This document shows, one piece after another, positions 43,807 through 53,643 of a DNA stretch of 64,000 bases; position 1 is the stretch's first letter, and each line of letters begins with the position of its first letter. This stretch comes from Myxococcota bacterium (GTDB taxonomy: Bacteria > Myxococcota_A > UBA9042 > PHBI01 > JAWLBL01). The notes beneath the pieces were generated by a model, which saw nothing but the letters and a program-made list of their open reading frames with translations, was not told the DNA's origin and made no database searches. Made by a program: the position numbers and the translations under genes. The stretch is taken from positions 96,001-160,000 of the forward strand of contig JAWLBL010000008.1 of NCBI GenBank assembly GCA_041687695.1, given 5' to 3'.

Positions 43807-44502
43807 TCAGAGGTCCGCGTCCGACTCGACCGGATCGGGGACCACCTCGACGGCCGTGGCGGGACGGCCAGGGCGGCTCCGAGACGGCGCGAGCACCGCC
43901 CGGACCAGGTCGTCGCGTCCCACGAAGCGGGTCAACACGCCCAGCTCGGTGAGGGCGACCAGCCCCTCCAGCTCGCCGTGTAGCGCGACGCGGCGGATCT
44001 CGGCGGTCTGAGCCTGCACGCGGGCGGCGCGGTGGGCGCGGCCGGCGGCTCCCAGCCGTTCGGTGGCCGCGACGAAGGCCGCGAGCGGGGCGGTGAGGTC
44101 CGCGTGGTCGAGCGCCGTGCCCCGCGCGATGAGGCCCTCGGCGTACTCGCCGGCCTTGGCCGCGCCGAACTTGACCGCCTGGGTCGCCTTGATGGTCCCG
44201 AACAGCTGGGCGTAGGGGGGCTTGCCCGCGTCCTTGCGGGCCGCCTGATAGGCGGCGCTCGACAGGTTGGTCACCTCCCAGTCCCAGCCGGCGTCGGCGA
44301 CGCGCAGGACGGCCGCGGCCTCGGTCACCGCGTCACGGGCGTCGTCGCGGGTCTGACGCTCGGAGCGCAGCTCCGTACGCTTGGCGACCCAGGGCTCGGC
44401 CAGCGGCGCCAGCTCGGGCGTCGCGCGCAGGGCGGCGATGGTGGCGGTGCAGTAGTCGATCATCGACTCGATCGACCAGTTCTCGGGGAGTTGGTAGGCC
44501 AT
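43807..44502 (-). CDS. Hypothetical all-alpha protein (231 aa)
   Basis: GGAGG RBS then ATG; MAYQLPENWSIESMIDYCTATIAALR...; coding-like codon bias; no recognisable motif. Confidence 0.75.
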   Translation of the reverse strand: MAYQLPENWSIESMIDYCTATIAALRATPELAPLAEPWVAKRTELRSERQTRDDARDAVTEAAAVLRVADAGWDWEVTNLSSAAYQAARKDAGKPPYAQLFGTIKATQAVKFGAAKAGEYAEGLIARGTALDHADLTAPLAAFVAATERLGAAGRAHRAARVQAQTAEIRRVALHGELEGLVALTELGVLTRFVGRDDLVRAVLAPSRSRPGRPATAVEVVPDPVESDADL

Positions 44503-44629
44503 GAGGCGTTCCTCCGCGGCTGGTGAAGGGTGGACTGCAGGTGAGACCACCGGCAAACCACTTCGCGGTTCACCTGTCAACCCGACCCCGGCGTGGGTGC
44601 AGGGTCATCGCAGAGTCCGTCGAGCGTTG

Positions 44630-44771
44630 CGCGCAGCGAGCTGCGCGGGCCCTCGAGCCCCAGCGAGCTGGGGCAGTCCGTCAAGACTCGCCGCCTCGAA
44701 TCCACCGCGGCGTCCGACGACCGGACTGCACGAGCTCGCTCGTGCTCCGGCGTAGCGCGGCTCGCCGCGCT
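44630..44771. repeat. Divergent pair of double-hairpin REP-like elements (44630-44680 -, 44722-44771 +)
   Basis: GGACT-GCACGAGC-TC-GCTCGTGC-TCCGGCGT-AGCGCGGC-TC-GCCGCGCT, nearly identical to 35086-35135; partner stem GCCCCAGC/GCTGGGGC. Confidence 0.8.
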
Positions 44772-44937
44772 GAATGCGAGGCGTGGCGAGCCCATAGGCG
44801 ACTTTGCGACCGCCCTGGGCGTGGGTGCATGGCCATCGTGAGGTCGTCGTTGGGCGTGCTCGGGCGTCCCGCCGAGTTGCGCCACCCGGTTCGCCGCGAT
44901 CACGCGCCTGCCGCCGTGCGGGTCGCACGACCCGTCG

Positions 44938-46686
44938 TCAGCCGACGATGATGCGCGCCTCGGGGAAGTGGATGTCGACGCGGCTGCGGCGCTCGCCGAC
45001 GGCGAGGGCGATGGTCAGGGGGCCGAGACGGCCGACGAACATCAGCAGGGTGATGATGAGCTTGCCCGTCACGGTGAGCTGCGAGGTGGCGCCGAGCGAC
45101 AGGCCAACGGTCCCCAGGGCGCTGACGGCCTCGAAGAGCAGGCTCTCGAAGGCGATGTGCGGCTGGGTCAGCATCAGCATGACGACGCCGCCGAACAGGA
45201 CGGTCGTCGCGATGGCCACGATGGAGATGGCGCGGGTGACGACCTCGCGCCCGATGGTGCGGCGGCCCATCTCGACCTCGGGGCGGCCGAACAGGGAGGC
45301 GCGGATGGAGGCGAAGAGGACGGCGACCGTGGTGACCTTGACGCCGCCGCCGGTCGAGCCGGAGCTGGCGCCGACGAACATGAAGAAGCAGGCGATGACG
45401 AGCATGCCGCGCGACATCTCGGAGAGATCGACCGTGTTGAAGCCCGCCGTGCGGAGGCTGACCGACTGGAAGAAGCTGGCGAGGAGCTTGTGCTGGGTGG
45501 GCAGCCCCGCGAGGCTGCGGTCGAACTCGAGGAAGAAGTAGAGGATCATGCCGGCGGCGACGAGGCCGGCGCTCATCAGCAGGACCAGGCGCACGTGCAG
45601 GGGGAGGTTGCGCCAGAAGCCGGCGGGGCCGTGGCGCCAGGAGCGGGCGGCGGTCAGGGCGGTGACGACGGTGAAGCCGAGGCCGCCCAGGATGATGAGG
45701 GCGGCGTGGGTGCCGTTGATGAGCGGGTCGCCGGCGAAGCTGGCGAGGCTGTCGCCGAACAGCGAGAAGCCGGCGTTACAGAAGGCGCTGATGGCGTGGA
45801 AGATGGCGTACCAGGCGGCCTGGCCGGGGTCGTCGGTCAGCTCCAGGAAGGGGAAGAAGAGGACGAAGGCGCCGAGGCCCTCGACGACGAAGGTCATGGT
45901 GACGATGTCGCGCACCGACTGGCGCAGGGCCGCGGCGGAGCTCTCGTCGAGCAGGGTCTGCATGAGCGAGGCGCTCTTGAGGCGCAGGCGGCGGCCCAGG
46001 ATGACGACCATCGCGGCGGACAGGGTCATGATGCCGAGCCCGCCTATCTGGATGAGCATCATGATGACGAACTGGCCGAAGGTGGTGAACGTCTGGCGGC
46101 TGGTGTCCTCGAAGAGATCGCTGACGGTGTTGAGGGTGGCGAGGCCCGTGACGCAGGTGGCCGAGGTGGCCGTGAACAGGGCATCGACGAAGCCGGCGCC
46201 CTGGCCGTCGGTGGTGGCGCGCGGGAAGGTCAGCAGGATGGTCCCGCCGGCGATGATGAGCAGGAAGCTCAGGACGAGGACCTTGGCCGGGGCCTCCTGC
46301 AGGGCGTCCATGAAGCGCCGGAAGCGGGCGGTGCCGGCCGCGACGCGGAGCAGGACGAGCGCCTGCCGGGCGAAGACGAACAGGGCCCACAGCGACGGGC
46401 GGCCCGTGAGCAGCAAGATGGGCAGGAGCATCAGCGTCTCGGGCAGCAGCCGCCGGAGCTCTGCGCCCGGGCTGCGGCTGTCCCGGACGCGGCGGACGTC
46501 CAGCCAGACGCTCAGGCCGACCGAGATCGCTGCCAGGGCGTAGACGACGACCGTCAACGCCGGGTGCTCGACGAGCTCGTAGCCCTCTACGAGCAGCAGC
46601 GCGGCCAGGGAGACCGCGCTCGTCCAGATGACGCCGTCGAGGAGCTGCAGGCCCTTGGGCCGGAGCGCGTCAGGGGTGCGCGGCAA
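44938..46686 (-). CDS. ktrB: KtrB/TrkH family K+ uptake permease with extra N-terminal TM region
   Basis: Four pore loops SATCVTGL, SAFCNAGF, SLRTAGF, SALGTVGL; LIQIGGLG; STGGGVK; MFVGRLGPLT. Confidence 0.92.
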   Translation of the reverse strand: MPRTPDALRPKGLQLLDGVIWTSAVSLAALLLVEGYELVEHPALTVVVYALAAISVGLSVWLDVRRVRDSRSPGAELRRLLPETLMLLPILLLTGRPSLWALFVFARQALVLLRVAAGTARFRRFMDALQEAPAKVLVLSFLLIIAGGTILLTFPRATTDGQGAGFVDALFTATSATCVTGLATLNTVSDLFEDTSRQTFTTFGQFVIMMLIQIGGLGIMTLSAAMVVILGRRLRLKSASLMQTLLDESSAAALRQSVRDIVTMTFVVEGLGAFVLFFPFLELTDDPGQAAWYAIFHAISAFCNAGFSLFGDSLASFAGDPLINGTHAALIILGGLGFTVVTALTAARSWRHGPAGFWRNLPLHVRLVLLMSAGLVAAGMILYFFLEFDRSLAGLPTQHKLLASFFQSVSLRTAGFNTVDLSEMSRGMLVIACFFMFVGASSGSTGGGVKVTTVAVLFASIRASLFGRPEVEMGRRTIGREVVTRAISIVAIATTVLFGGVVMLMLTQPHIAFESLLFEAVSALGTVGLSLGATSQLTVTGKLIITLLMFVGRLGPLTIALAVGERRSRVDIHFPEARIIVG

Positions 46687-46717
46687 TCCTGGTCCGCCTT
46701 GGGTCCGATCGGCCTCG

Positions 46718-49396
46718 TCAGGGCGCCGCGAGCTTGTCCTCGGCCGCCTTCAAGTACTTCGCCGCGAGGGAGTTGCCCCCGTCGAGGCCGAGCGACTTCT
46801 TGAAGTACCCGGCCGCCACCTGGAAGTTGCCCTTCTTGTACGCCTGAATCCCCAGCTGGAGGAACTTCTTGCTCTCCTCCTTGGGATCCGCGGCCGCCGG
46901 GGTCGCCTCGGCCTTCTTGGCGTCTGCGGCGGCCTTGGCCTTGGCGTCGGCCTCGGCTTTGGCCTTGGCGTCTGCGGCGGCCTTGGCCTTGGCGTCGGCC
47001 TCGGCTTTGGCCTTGGCGTCTGCGGCGGCCTTGGCCTTGGCGTCGGCCGCGGCCTTGGCCTTGGCGTCTGCGGCGGCCTTGGCCCGGGCTTCGGCGTTGG
47101 GGTCCGCGGCGGCCTTGGCCTTGGCGTCCGCGGCGGCCTTGGCCTTGGCGTCGGCCTCGGCGTCGGCCTCGGCTTTGGCCTTGGCGTCCGCGGCGGCCTT
47201 GGCCTTGGCCTCGGCGTCCACCTTGGCCTTGGCGTCCGCCTTGGCCTTGGCGTCGGCCTCGGCCTTGGCCTTGGCCTCGATGTCGGCCTTGGCCTTGGCG
47301 TCGGCCTCGGCCTGCACCCGCGCCTCTTCGTCCGCCTTGGCCTTGGCCTCGAGCGCCGCCTTGGCGGCGGCCTCGTCGGCGAGGCGCTTGGCCTCGGCCT
47401 CCTGCGTCGCCTTGGTGTCGCCGGCCGCGCCCTGGTCCGGGTCGACCTGGGCCGGGGCCTCGGTCGGGGCCTCCGGCTTCACCTCGGCCGGGGCCTCCGG
47501 CTTCACCTCGGCGGCGGCCTTGCCCGGCTCGGGCGCGATGGTCGCGGACGCGGGCGCCTCCTGCACCAGGGCCGAGCCGCGCGGGCGCTCGGGCTTGGCG
47601 GTCGGCCCCGGGGCCGGCGCCTCGGGGGTGCCGCCGGCGCCCACCGCGAACCAGATGATGCCCGCCACGACCAGCGCCACCGGCACCGCGATCATCCACA
47701 CCTTCGAGCCGCGCGCCTGCTGCCCGAACGGCTCGTCCTCGTCGAGCGGCGCCATCGTCTCGCCGGCGCCCATGAACCAGGCGTCGGCGTCGCCCCCGCC
47801 CTCGCCGCCGCTGGCCTTGGCCGCCGACGGGTTCAGCGCGGCCAGCTCGACGATGGTGGCGTCCTCTTGCCGGCGCGTGCGCGAATAGACCTCGCCGTCC
47901 TCGACGGGCGCGGCCTTGGCGGTCGCCTTGTCGTCGGCCTTGCCGCCGGCGTTCTGCGCCAGCGAGCCCAGCGGCTGCGTGCTGGTGTGCGTGGCCTGGC
48001 GTCCCTTCTTGTTCTTGCCCTTCTTCTTGCCGCGCCGCTGCGGGCCCTGGGTCACCTCGGGCTCGTCCGCCTCGTCGTCGGCCTGAGCGCCGTCCGTCGA
48101 GGCCTCGTCCGCCGCCGCCTCGGGCGCGGGCGTCGGCGCGGGCTCGGGCTCCGGTTCGGGCTCGGGCTCCGTCGCGGCCGCCGCCTTGGCCGCCTCGGCC
48201 TCGCCGCGGGCCTGGGCCGCCGCGAGCACGGCGTCGCGCACCGACTGCCCGCCGAAGGCCAGCGTCTCGGTCCGGCGCCTCGGCGTCGAGGTCGGCTCGG
48301 CCTGGGGCTCGGCCTCGGCCTCGGCCTCGGGCGCCGCCGGCGTCGACTGGGCCGGCTCGGCGACGGGCGCCGGCTCGGGCGCCGCCTGCGGCTCCGCGGC
48401 CGCCCGCGCCTCGGCGCCTTCGGCCACCGCCCGGATCTGATCGGCCAGGCCCACCAGGACCTCGGTGCTGCGCCGCGCGCGGCCGCCGCTGGACGCGCCC
48501 ACGCTCGCCACGGCCTCCGCCGCCACCAGCGCTGCGCCCATCTCACCGGTCACCAGCGCGGCGATCTCGCCCTCGAGCTCGGCCGCCGTCCCGTGCCGCT
48601 GCGCCGCCGTCTTGGCCAGCGCCTTCATGACGACCGCCTCGTACGAGCGGATGTGGTCCAGCCCGCCGTAGCGCAGGTGCAAGGCCAGGGGCTTCTCGAA
48701 GATGTGCCGCTTGAGCGTCGTCGACGCGCTGGCGCCGGCCATGGTCGGCGCGAAGGGCGGCCGCCCGCGCACCGCCTCGTACAGCAGCGTGCCGATCGCG
48801 TAGACGTCGGTCTGGGGCCCGGTCGGCTTGCCCGAGCACTGCTCCGGGGACATGTACTCGGGCACGCCCAGGTACGGGTCCTTCTTCTTGAGCGGCTTGT
48901 GCTCGGCGACCGCGCCCACGAGCCCGAACCCGTACACCTTGACGCCGTAGCCGCCGCCGTCGATCGGCACCAGCCGGACCAGCTCGCCCGACAGGGCGTG
49001 GTGCTCGAGGCCCTGCTCGCCGGCGGCCGCCACCGCCCGCGCCACCTGGTGGACCACTGGCGCCGCCACCGCGGGCGCGACGCCCTCGTCCTTGCCGACG
49101 AGATCGCTGAAGCTCATCGTCCCGAGGAGCGGCGCTCCCACGAAGCCGCGCGTCCCGTCCGGCGTCGCCCCCGAGGCGATCCACCGGACCACGTTCGGCG
49201 AGTCGACCCGCGCCGACTCCTTGACGATCCGCGTCGCCGCCTCGGCGCCGCCCTCGACGCCCGGGTCGAGGACGAGCACCAGCGCGCGCGCGTCCTGGCT
49301 GTCCGTGCCCTCCCAGAGCTCCCCGAAGGGGAAGGTCGCCCTCCGCTGGTCGAGGCGGTAGGGGCCAAGCGTCATCCCGGGGCTGATCTCACTCAT
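46718..49396 (-). CDS. Ser/Thr pseudokinase with TM, TolA-like Ala/Lys repeats and C-terminal TPR
   Basis: Kinase C-lobe intact ([26 protein letters not shown]) but catalytic motifs altered; [19 protein letters not shown]; (A/E)ADAKAK repeats at about 46915-47360. Confidence 0.85.
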   Translation of the reverse strand: MSEISPGMTLGPYRLDQRRATFPFGELWEGTDSQDARALVLVLDPGVEGGAEAATRIVKESARVDSPNVVRWIASGATPDGTRGFVGAPLLGTMSFSDLVGKDEGVAPAVAAPVVHQVARAVAAAGEQGLEHHALSGELVRLVPIDGGGYGVKVYGFGLVGAVAEHKPLKKKDPYLGVPEYMSPEQCSGKPTGPQTDVYAIGTLLYEAVRGRPPFAPTMAGASASTTLKRHIFEKPLALHLRYGGLDHIRSYEAVVMKALAKTAAQRHGTAAELEGEIAALVTGEMGAALVAAEAVASVGASSGGRARRSTEVLVGLADQIRAVAEGAEARAAAEPQAAPEPAPVAEPAQSTPAAPEAEAEAEPQAEPTSTPRRRTETLAFGGQSVRDAVLAAAQARGEAEAAKAAAATEPEPEPEPEPAPTPAPEAAADEASTDGAQADDEADEPEVTQGPQRRGKKKGKNKKGRQATHTSTQPLGSLAQNAGGKADDKATAKAAPVEDGEVYSRTRRQEDATIVELAALNPSAAKASGGEGGGDADAWFMGAGETMAPLDEDEPFGQQARGSKVWMIAVPVALVVAGIIWFAVGAGGTPEAPAPGPTAKPERPRGSALVQEAPASATIAPEPGKAAAEVKPEAPAEVKPEAPTEAPAQVDPDQGAAGDTKATQEAEAKRLADEAAAKAALEAKAKADEEARVQAEADAKAKADIEAKAKAEADAKAKADAKAKVDAEAKAKAAADAKAKAEADAEADAKAKAAADAKAKAAADPNAEARAKAAADAKAKAAADAKAKAAADAKAKAEADAKAKAAADAKAKAEADAKAKAAADAKKAEATPAAADPKEESKKFLQLGIQAYKKGNFQVAAGYFKKSLGLDGGNSLAAKYLKAAEDKLAAP

Positions 49397-49437
49397 CGGC
49401 GCTGCACCAAATCAAGGGGTAGCTCAGGGTCCGGCGG

Positions 49438-49466
49438 AGTCTACGCGACCCCAGGGGGGAGGGCAA
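49438..49466 (-). promoter_or_regulatory. sigma70-like promoter for the pseudokinase gene
   Basis: TTGCCC-17 nt-TAGACT on the minus strand. Confidence 0.45.
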
Positions 49467-49559
49467 TACGCGGTCCCGGCTGGCTTTTTTGCCCAAGCTC
49501 ACGCCCCGCGCGACCCTGAGCCCTGGAGTTCTGCCACCGTCCGGCCCCCCCATGAATGT

Positions 49560-49574
49560 TGGCACACCCCTTGC
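49560..49574 (+). promoter_or_regulatory. sigma54 (-24/-12) promoter
   Basis: TGGCACA-CCCC-TTGC matches TGGCAC(G/A)-N4-TTGC. Confidence 0.65.
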
Positions 49575-49625
49575 GTCGGTTCCTGACGTTCGCGCCCCTC
49601 CCGCGCGAGGCTCTCCGAGGACCCC

Positions 49626-49835
49626 ATGACCGACCGAACCCCCGAAGGACCCCGCGCGGCCAGCTCCGACAGGGGCTGGATCGAGGTCGAGCGCGGCCCC
49701 GACCGCGCCCTGCTCGAGGCGTGCGTCACGCGGCTCCGCGATCTCTACGCCTGCGTGTACGACTTCCGGATCACGCCCGCCGCCGCCGGGCAGTGGCAGG
49801 TCCTGGTCCGCCACCGCGATCCCCTCGACGGCTGA
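49626..49835 (+). CDS. Small hypothetical protein (69 aa)
   Basis: GAGG RBS; directly downstream of the sigma54 motif; non-low-complexity sequence. Confidence 0.55.
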   Translation: MTDRTPEGPRAASSDRGWIEVERGPDRALLEACVTRLRDLYACVYDFRITPAAAGQWQVLVRHRDPLDG

Positions 49836-49899
49836 GCCGCGGCCGATCCCGCGGCGATCGCGCGGCCCCGGGTGGGCGCCCGGGACGAGACCGGCTACA

Positions 49900-52800
49900 G
49901 TGCCCCCGGTGATCGCCCGATCCGTCCGACCGCTGCTCCTGGCCACGCTCGCGCTCCTGTGCGCCGCGGCGCCGGCCGCCACCCACGCCCTGCCGCCCAG
50001 CGAGGCCGTCCGCCGCGAGCTGGCCGACCTGGCCCGCCGCCCCGGGGCCGCCGACGCCGCCGCGCGCCTCCTCCAGCTCGCCCCGGCCCTGGACGCCCTG
50101 CCGGTCGCTGAGCAGGCCGCCGCGCTCGATCGCCTCGCCCGCTCGGCCGCCCCCGCGGTCGCCGCGCGCGCCCAGCTCCTCTCGCTGCGCCACCTGCGGG
50201 ACGCCGCCGCCCGCGCCGCCGCCCGCCAGCTCGGCTTCATCACCGATTGGCGCGCCCTGGGCCCCCTCGCCGCCCCGCCCGCCGCCCCGACCCGCGCCCA
50301 CGCCGATCTGCCCACCCTGCCGGCGCCGGGCTCCGACGCCTCCGCCGAGGGCCTGTTCGGGCCGGTGACCTGGACCCGCCTGACCGATCACGGCCCCCCG
50401 GGCGGCACCTCGGTCGACGCCCTGCTGCCCTCCGACGGCCCCGCGGTCGTCCACCTCGCCGCCACCGTCACCTCGCCGGCGCGCCGCGCCGTCCTGCTGC
50501 GCCTCGGCGGCGGCGGCGCCCTCGCGGTCAGCCTGAACGGGCAGGCGCTGGGGGCCGCCCGCGCCCTGGCCTTCCCGGTCCCCGATCAGCTCCAGGCGCG
50601 CGCCACCTTGCGCCCGGGTGACAACCACCTCGTCCTCACCCTCGCCCGCGACGCCGGCGCGCCCGCCGCGATCTACGCCCGCTTCACCGATCTCCAGGGC
50701 CGCCCGCTGCCCGATCTCCAGACCACGGCCACGGCCCTGGCCTCGTCGCTCCCCGCACCTGCGGCCGACGCCCCGACCGCGCGCCTCTCGGTCGACGCCG
50801 CCCTCGCCGTGGGCGGCCCCTCGCCGCTCGCGTTCGATCGCGCGCTGCTGCAGGCCGCCGCGCGCCGCCGCCTGGGTCTGCCCGACCTGGACACCGGCGT
50901 CGACGCGGCCGACGACGCGGACGCCGCCGCGCCGCCGCTGCTCGAGGACCTCCTGCTCACCGACGCCGCCGTCCGCCTGCCGGCCGACCGGCTGCTGCTG
51001 GCGCTGGCCCACGTCCCCCGCGAAGAGGCTCGCGCCAGCATCCTGCTGCACCTCGAGGCCAACGGCCGCCGCGAGCCGGCGCTGCGCCTGACCCTGGCCC
51101 AGCTGGCCGCCGCCCAGGGCCAGAGCGTCCGAGCCCGGCTGCTGCTGGCCGAGGTCTCCGCCGCCGACGATCCCGACGTGAGACGCCTCCACCGCCTGGT
51201 GGCCTCGCGCGCCGACCGCCTCGACGGCGAGCCCGAGGCCGCCTGGTCCCGGCTCGCGCCCGACCGCGCGACGCCCGACGCCGACGAGCGCGTCGTGGTC
51301 GAGGCCCTGCGCGCCGCCCTCGAGCTCGGCCGCCCCGACGAGGCCGCGCGCCTGGCCGTGGCCCTGGTCGCCGCCGCGCCGGGCGACGTCGAGCACCGCG
51401 CCACGCTGGCCCAGGCCCAGGCCGCCTCCGGCGACTCGCGCGCCGCGATCGACGCCCTGGCCGAGCTGGCCCGCCTCCGCCCCGACCGCCCCGGCTACGC
51501 CCTGCTGGCCGCTCGCACCGCCCTGGCGCGCGCCGACGAGCCGCGCGCCCGCCGCCTGCTCGACGCCGCCGCCGCCCAGGCCGGCCTCGATCCCGACGTG
51601 CTCGAGAGCGTCGGCCGCCTGCGCCTCGAGCTCGGCGACACCCCCGCCGCCGTCGCCGCCTTCGAGCGCGCCCTGCGCGTCCGCCCCGCCAACCCGGATC
51701 TGCGCGCCGCCCTCGAGCGCCTCACCCCCGCCGCCGACGCCGCGCTCCCCTTCGAGGTCGCCGTCGACGCCGCCCTGCTCGCCCGCCCCTCGCGCGCCCC
51801 CGACGCCGCCTTCGAGGTCCTGGCCGAAGAGGTCCACGTCCAGGTCCACCCCGACGGCACCACCTCGCGCCTCGAGCAGCGCGTCGTGCGCGTCCACCGC
51901 GTCCCCGAGGACCGCGCCGCCCGCTCGACCCAGATCCGCTTCGACCCCACCCAGCAGCAGGTCCGCGTCCTCGACGCCCGCGTCCACCGCGGCGGCCTGT
52001 CCCTGCCGGTCCTGGAGCGCGAGGTCGCGCAGATCTCCGAGAGCTGGTACGGCCTGTACTACGACCTCCGCGAGCTGTCCGTCCCCTTCGACGATCTGCA
52101 GCCCGGCGACGTCATCGCCGTCCGCCACCGCGTCGACTCGGTCGGCCGTCCGCTCATCGCCGGCGCCGTCGATCTGCTCGAGGTCCTGCAGGACACCGTC
52201 CCCAAGCACCGCCTCGTCCTGACCGTCAGCGCGCCGGCCGACCTCCCGCTCGCCTCGCGCCTGGTCGTGCCGCCCGGCGTCTCCGCCGCCGGGGCCACCG
52301 TCACCGAGGCCCGCGAGCCGCTGGCCGACGGCCGGGTCCGCTGGCGCGTGGACGGCCGCGACCTGCCGCCGCTGCCGCTCGAGCCCGCGATGCCCGGCGC
52401 CGCCGAGGTCGCCGCCCTGTGGCAGGCGACCACCTTCGCCAGCTGGGCCGAGGTCGTGGAGCGCTACCTGCGCCTGGTCCGGCCCCAGCAGGTCGTCACG
52501 CCCGCCATGCGCCGCTGGGTCGAGGCCCAGACCGAGGCCGCCCGCACCAGCCCCACCAACGTCTCCGAGGCCCTGCTCGTCCGCCGGGTCGTCGAGAGCG
52601 TCACCCGCGACATCCGCTACGTCGGCCTCGAGTTCGGCATCCACGGCTACCAGCCCTACCGCACCGACCAGGTCTGGACGCGCCGCTTCGGCGACTGCAA
52701 GGACCAGGCGACCCTGCTCGTGACCCTGCTCGGTCTCGCCGGCGTCGACGCCCGCGTCGCCCTGGTCCGCACCCGCCGCCTGGGCCGCGTCCCCGAGGCC

Positions 52801-53643
52801 CTGCCCACCCTGGCCGCCTTCGATCACGCCATCGTCTGGCTCCCCGACCGCGATCTGTACGTCGACCCCACCGCCCGCACCTTCGGCCTCGGCGAGCTGC
52901 CCGCCCTCGACCAGGGCGCCCAGGTCCTCATCCTCGACCCCGACGTCCCGCAGCCCTTCCGCCAGTCCCCCTCGGACGCCGCGAGCCGCAGCGGCGTCGA
53001 CGGCGAGTACACCGTCGCCCTGCGCGACGACGGCGCCGCCGGCCTGCGCGGCCTCGTCGCCTTCCGCGGCAGCCAGGCCCCCGGCTACCGCGAGCGCCTC
53101 GCCGACGCCGACGCCCGCACCGACCGCCTCGAGGAGCTCCTCAACGGCCGCTACCCCGGCCTCCAGCTCGCCAGCCACGCGATCAGCGACCCCTCCGATC
53201 GCGCCCGCCCCCTCGAGCTGTCCTTCACGGCCGAGGCCCCGCGCGTCGCCGCCCGCGTCGGCGCCACCCTGCAGGTCCCGCGCCCGGCCGGCGCCGACGG
53301 CTTCGCCAGCCGCCTCGCCAGCGAGGCCCGCCGCGTGCACGCCGTCGTCCTGGGCCCCCCGGCCACGCACCGCTTCAAGTTCCGGTACGTCCTGCCGCCC
53401 GGCTGGCGGCCCGAGGCGCTGCCCAACTCCGCGCAGGACACCTCCCGCTTCGGCCGCTACAGCGTCCACTGGCGCCTCGACGCCGGCGCCCCGGTCGTCG
53501 AGACCCACCTCGAGCTGGCGGTCGACCAGGTCGCGCCCCAGGACTACTCGGACTTCCGCGCCTTCATGCAAGCCTTCGATCAGGCCATCCGCCCGCCGCT
53601 GGTGCTCGTGTTCGACCCGCCCGCCCAGGGGGCCGCGCCGTGA
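49900..53643 (+). CDS. Large secreted TPR + DUF3857 + transglutaminase-like protein (catalytic triad intact)
   Basis: Signal peptide; TPRs; IRYVGLEFGIHGYQP, RRFGDCKDQA (Cys), FDHAI (His), YVDPT (Asp). Confidence 0.88.
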   Translation: MPPVIARSVRPLLLATLALLCAAAPAATHALPPSEAVRRELADLARRPGAADAAARLLQLAPALDALPVAEQAAALDRLARSAAPAVAARAQLLSLRHLRDAAARAAARQLGFITDWRALGPLAAPPAAPTRAHADLPTLPAPGSDASAEGLFGPVTWTRLTDHGPPGGTSVDALLPSDGPAVVHLAATVTSPARRAVLLRLGGGGALAVSLNGQALGAARALAFPVPDQLQARATLRPGDNHLVLTLARDAGAPAAIYARFTDLQGRPLPDLQTTATALASSLPAPAADAPTARLSVDAALAVGGPSPLAFDRALLQAAARRRLGLPDLDTGVDAADDADAAAPPLLEDLLLTDAAVRLPADRLLLALAHVPREEARASILLHLEANGRREPALRLTLAQLAAAQGQSVRARLLLAEVSAADDPDVRRLHRLVASRADRLDGEPEAAWSRLAPDRATPDADERVVVEALRAALELGRPDEAARLAVALVAAAPGDVEHRATLAQAQAASGDSRAAIDALAELARLRPDRPGYALLAARTALARADEPRARRLLDAAAAQAGLDPDVLESVGRLRLELGDTPAAVAAFERALRVRPANPDLRAALERLTPAADAALPFEVAVDAALLARPSRAPDAAFEVLAEEVHVQVHPDGTTSRLEQRVVRVHRVPEDRAARSTQIRFDPTQQQVRVLDARVHRGGLSLPVLEREVAQISESWYGLYYDLRELSVPFDDLQPGDVIAVRHRVDSVGRPLIAGAVDLLEVLQDTVPKHRLVLTVSAPADLPLASRLVVPPGVSAAGATVTEAREPLADGRVRWRVDGRDLPPLPLEPAMPGAAEVAALWQATTFASWAEVVERYLRLVRPQQVVTPAMRRWVEAQTEAARTSPTNVSEALLVRRVVESVTRDIRYVGLEFGIHGYQPYRTDQVWTRRFGDCKDQATLLVTLLGLAGVDARVALVRTRRLGRVPEALPTLAAFDHAIVWLPDRDLYVDPTARTFGLGELPALDQGAQVLILDPDVPQPFRQSPSDAASRSGVDGEYTVALRDDGAAGLRGLVAFRGSQAPGYRERLADADARTDRLEELLNGRYPGLQLASHAISDPSDRARPLELSFTAEAPRVAARVGATLQVPRPAGADGFASRLASEARRVHAVVLGPPATHRFKFRYVLPPGWRPEALPNSAQDTSRFGRYSVHWRLDAGAPVVETHLELAVDQVAPQDYSDFRAFMQAFDQAIRPPLVLVFDPPAQGAAP

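Noticed and set aside
46915..47360. 24-bp tandem DNA repeats as a non-coding array
   Set aside because: They encode the (A/E)ADAKAK TolA-like stalk of the pseudokinase.
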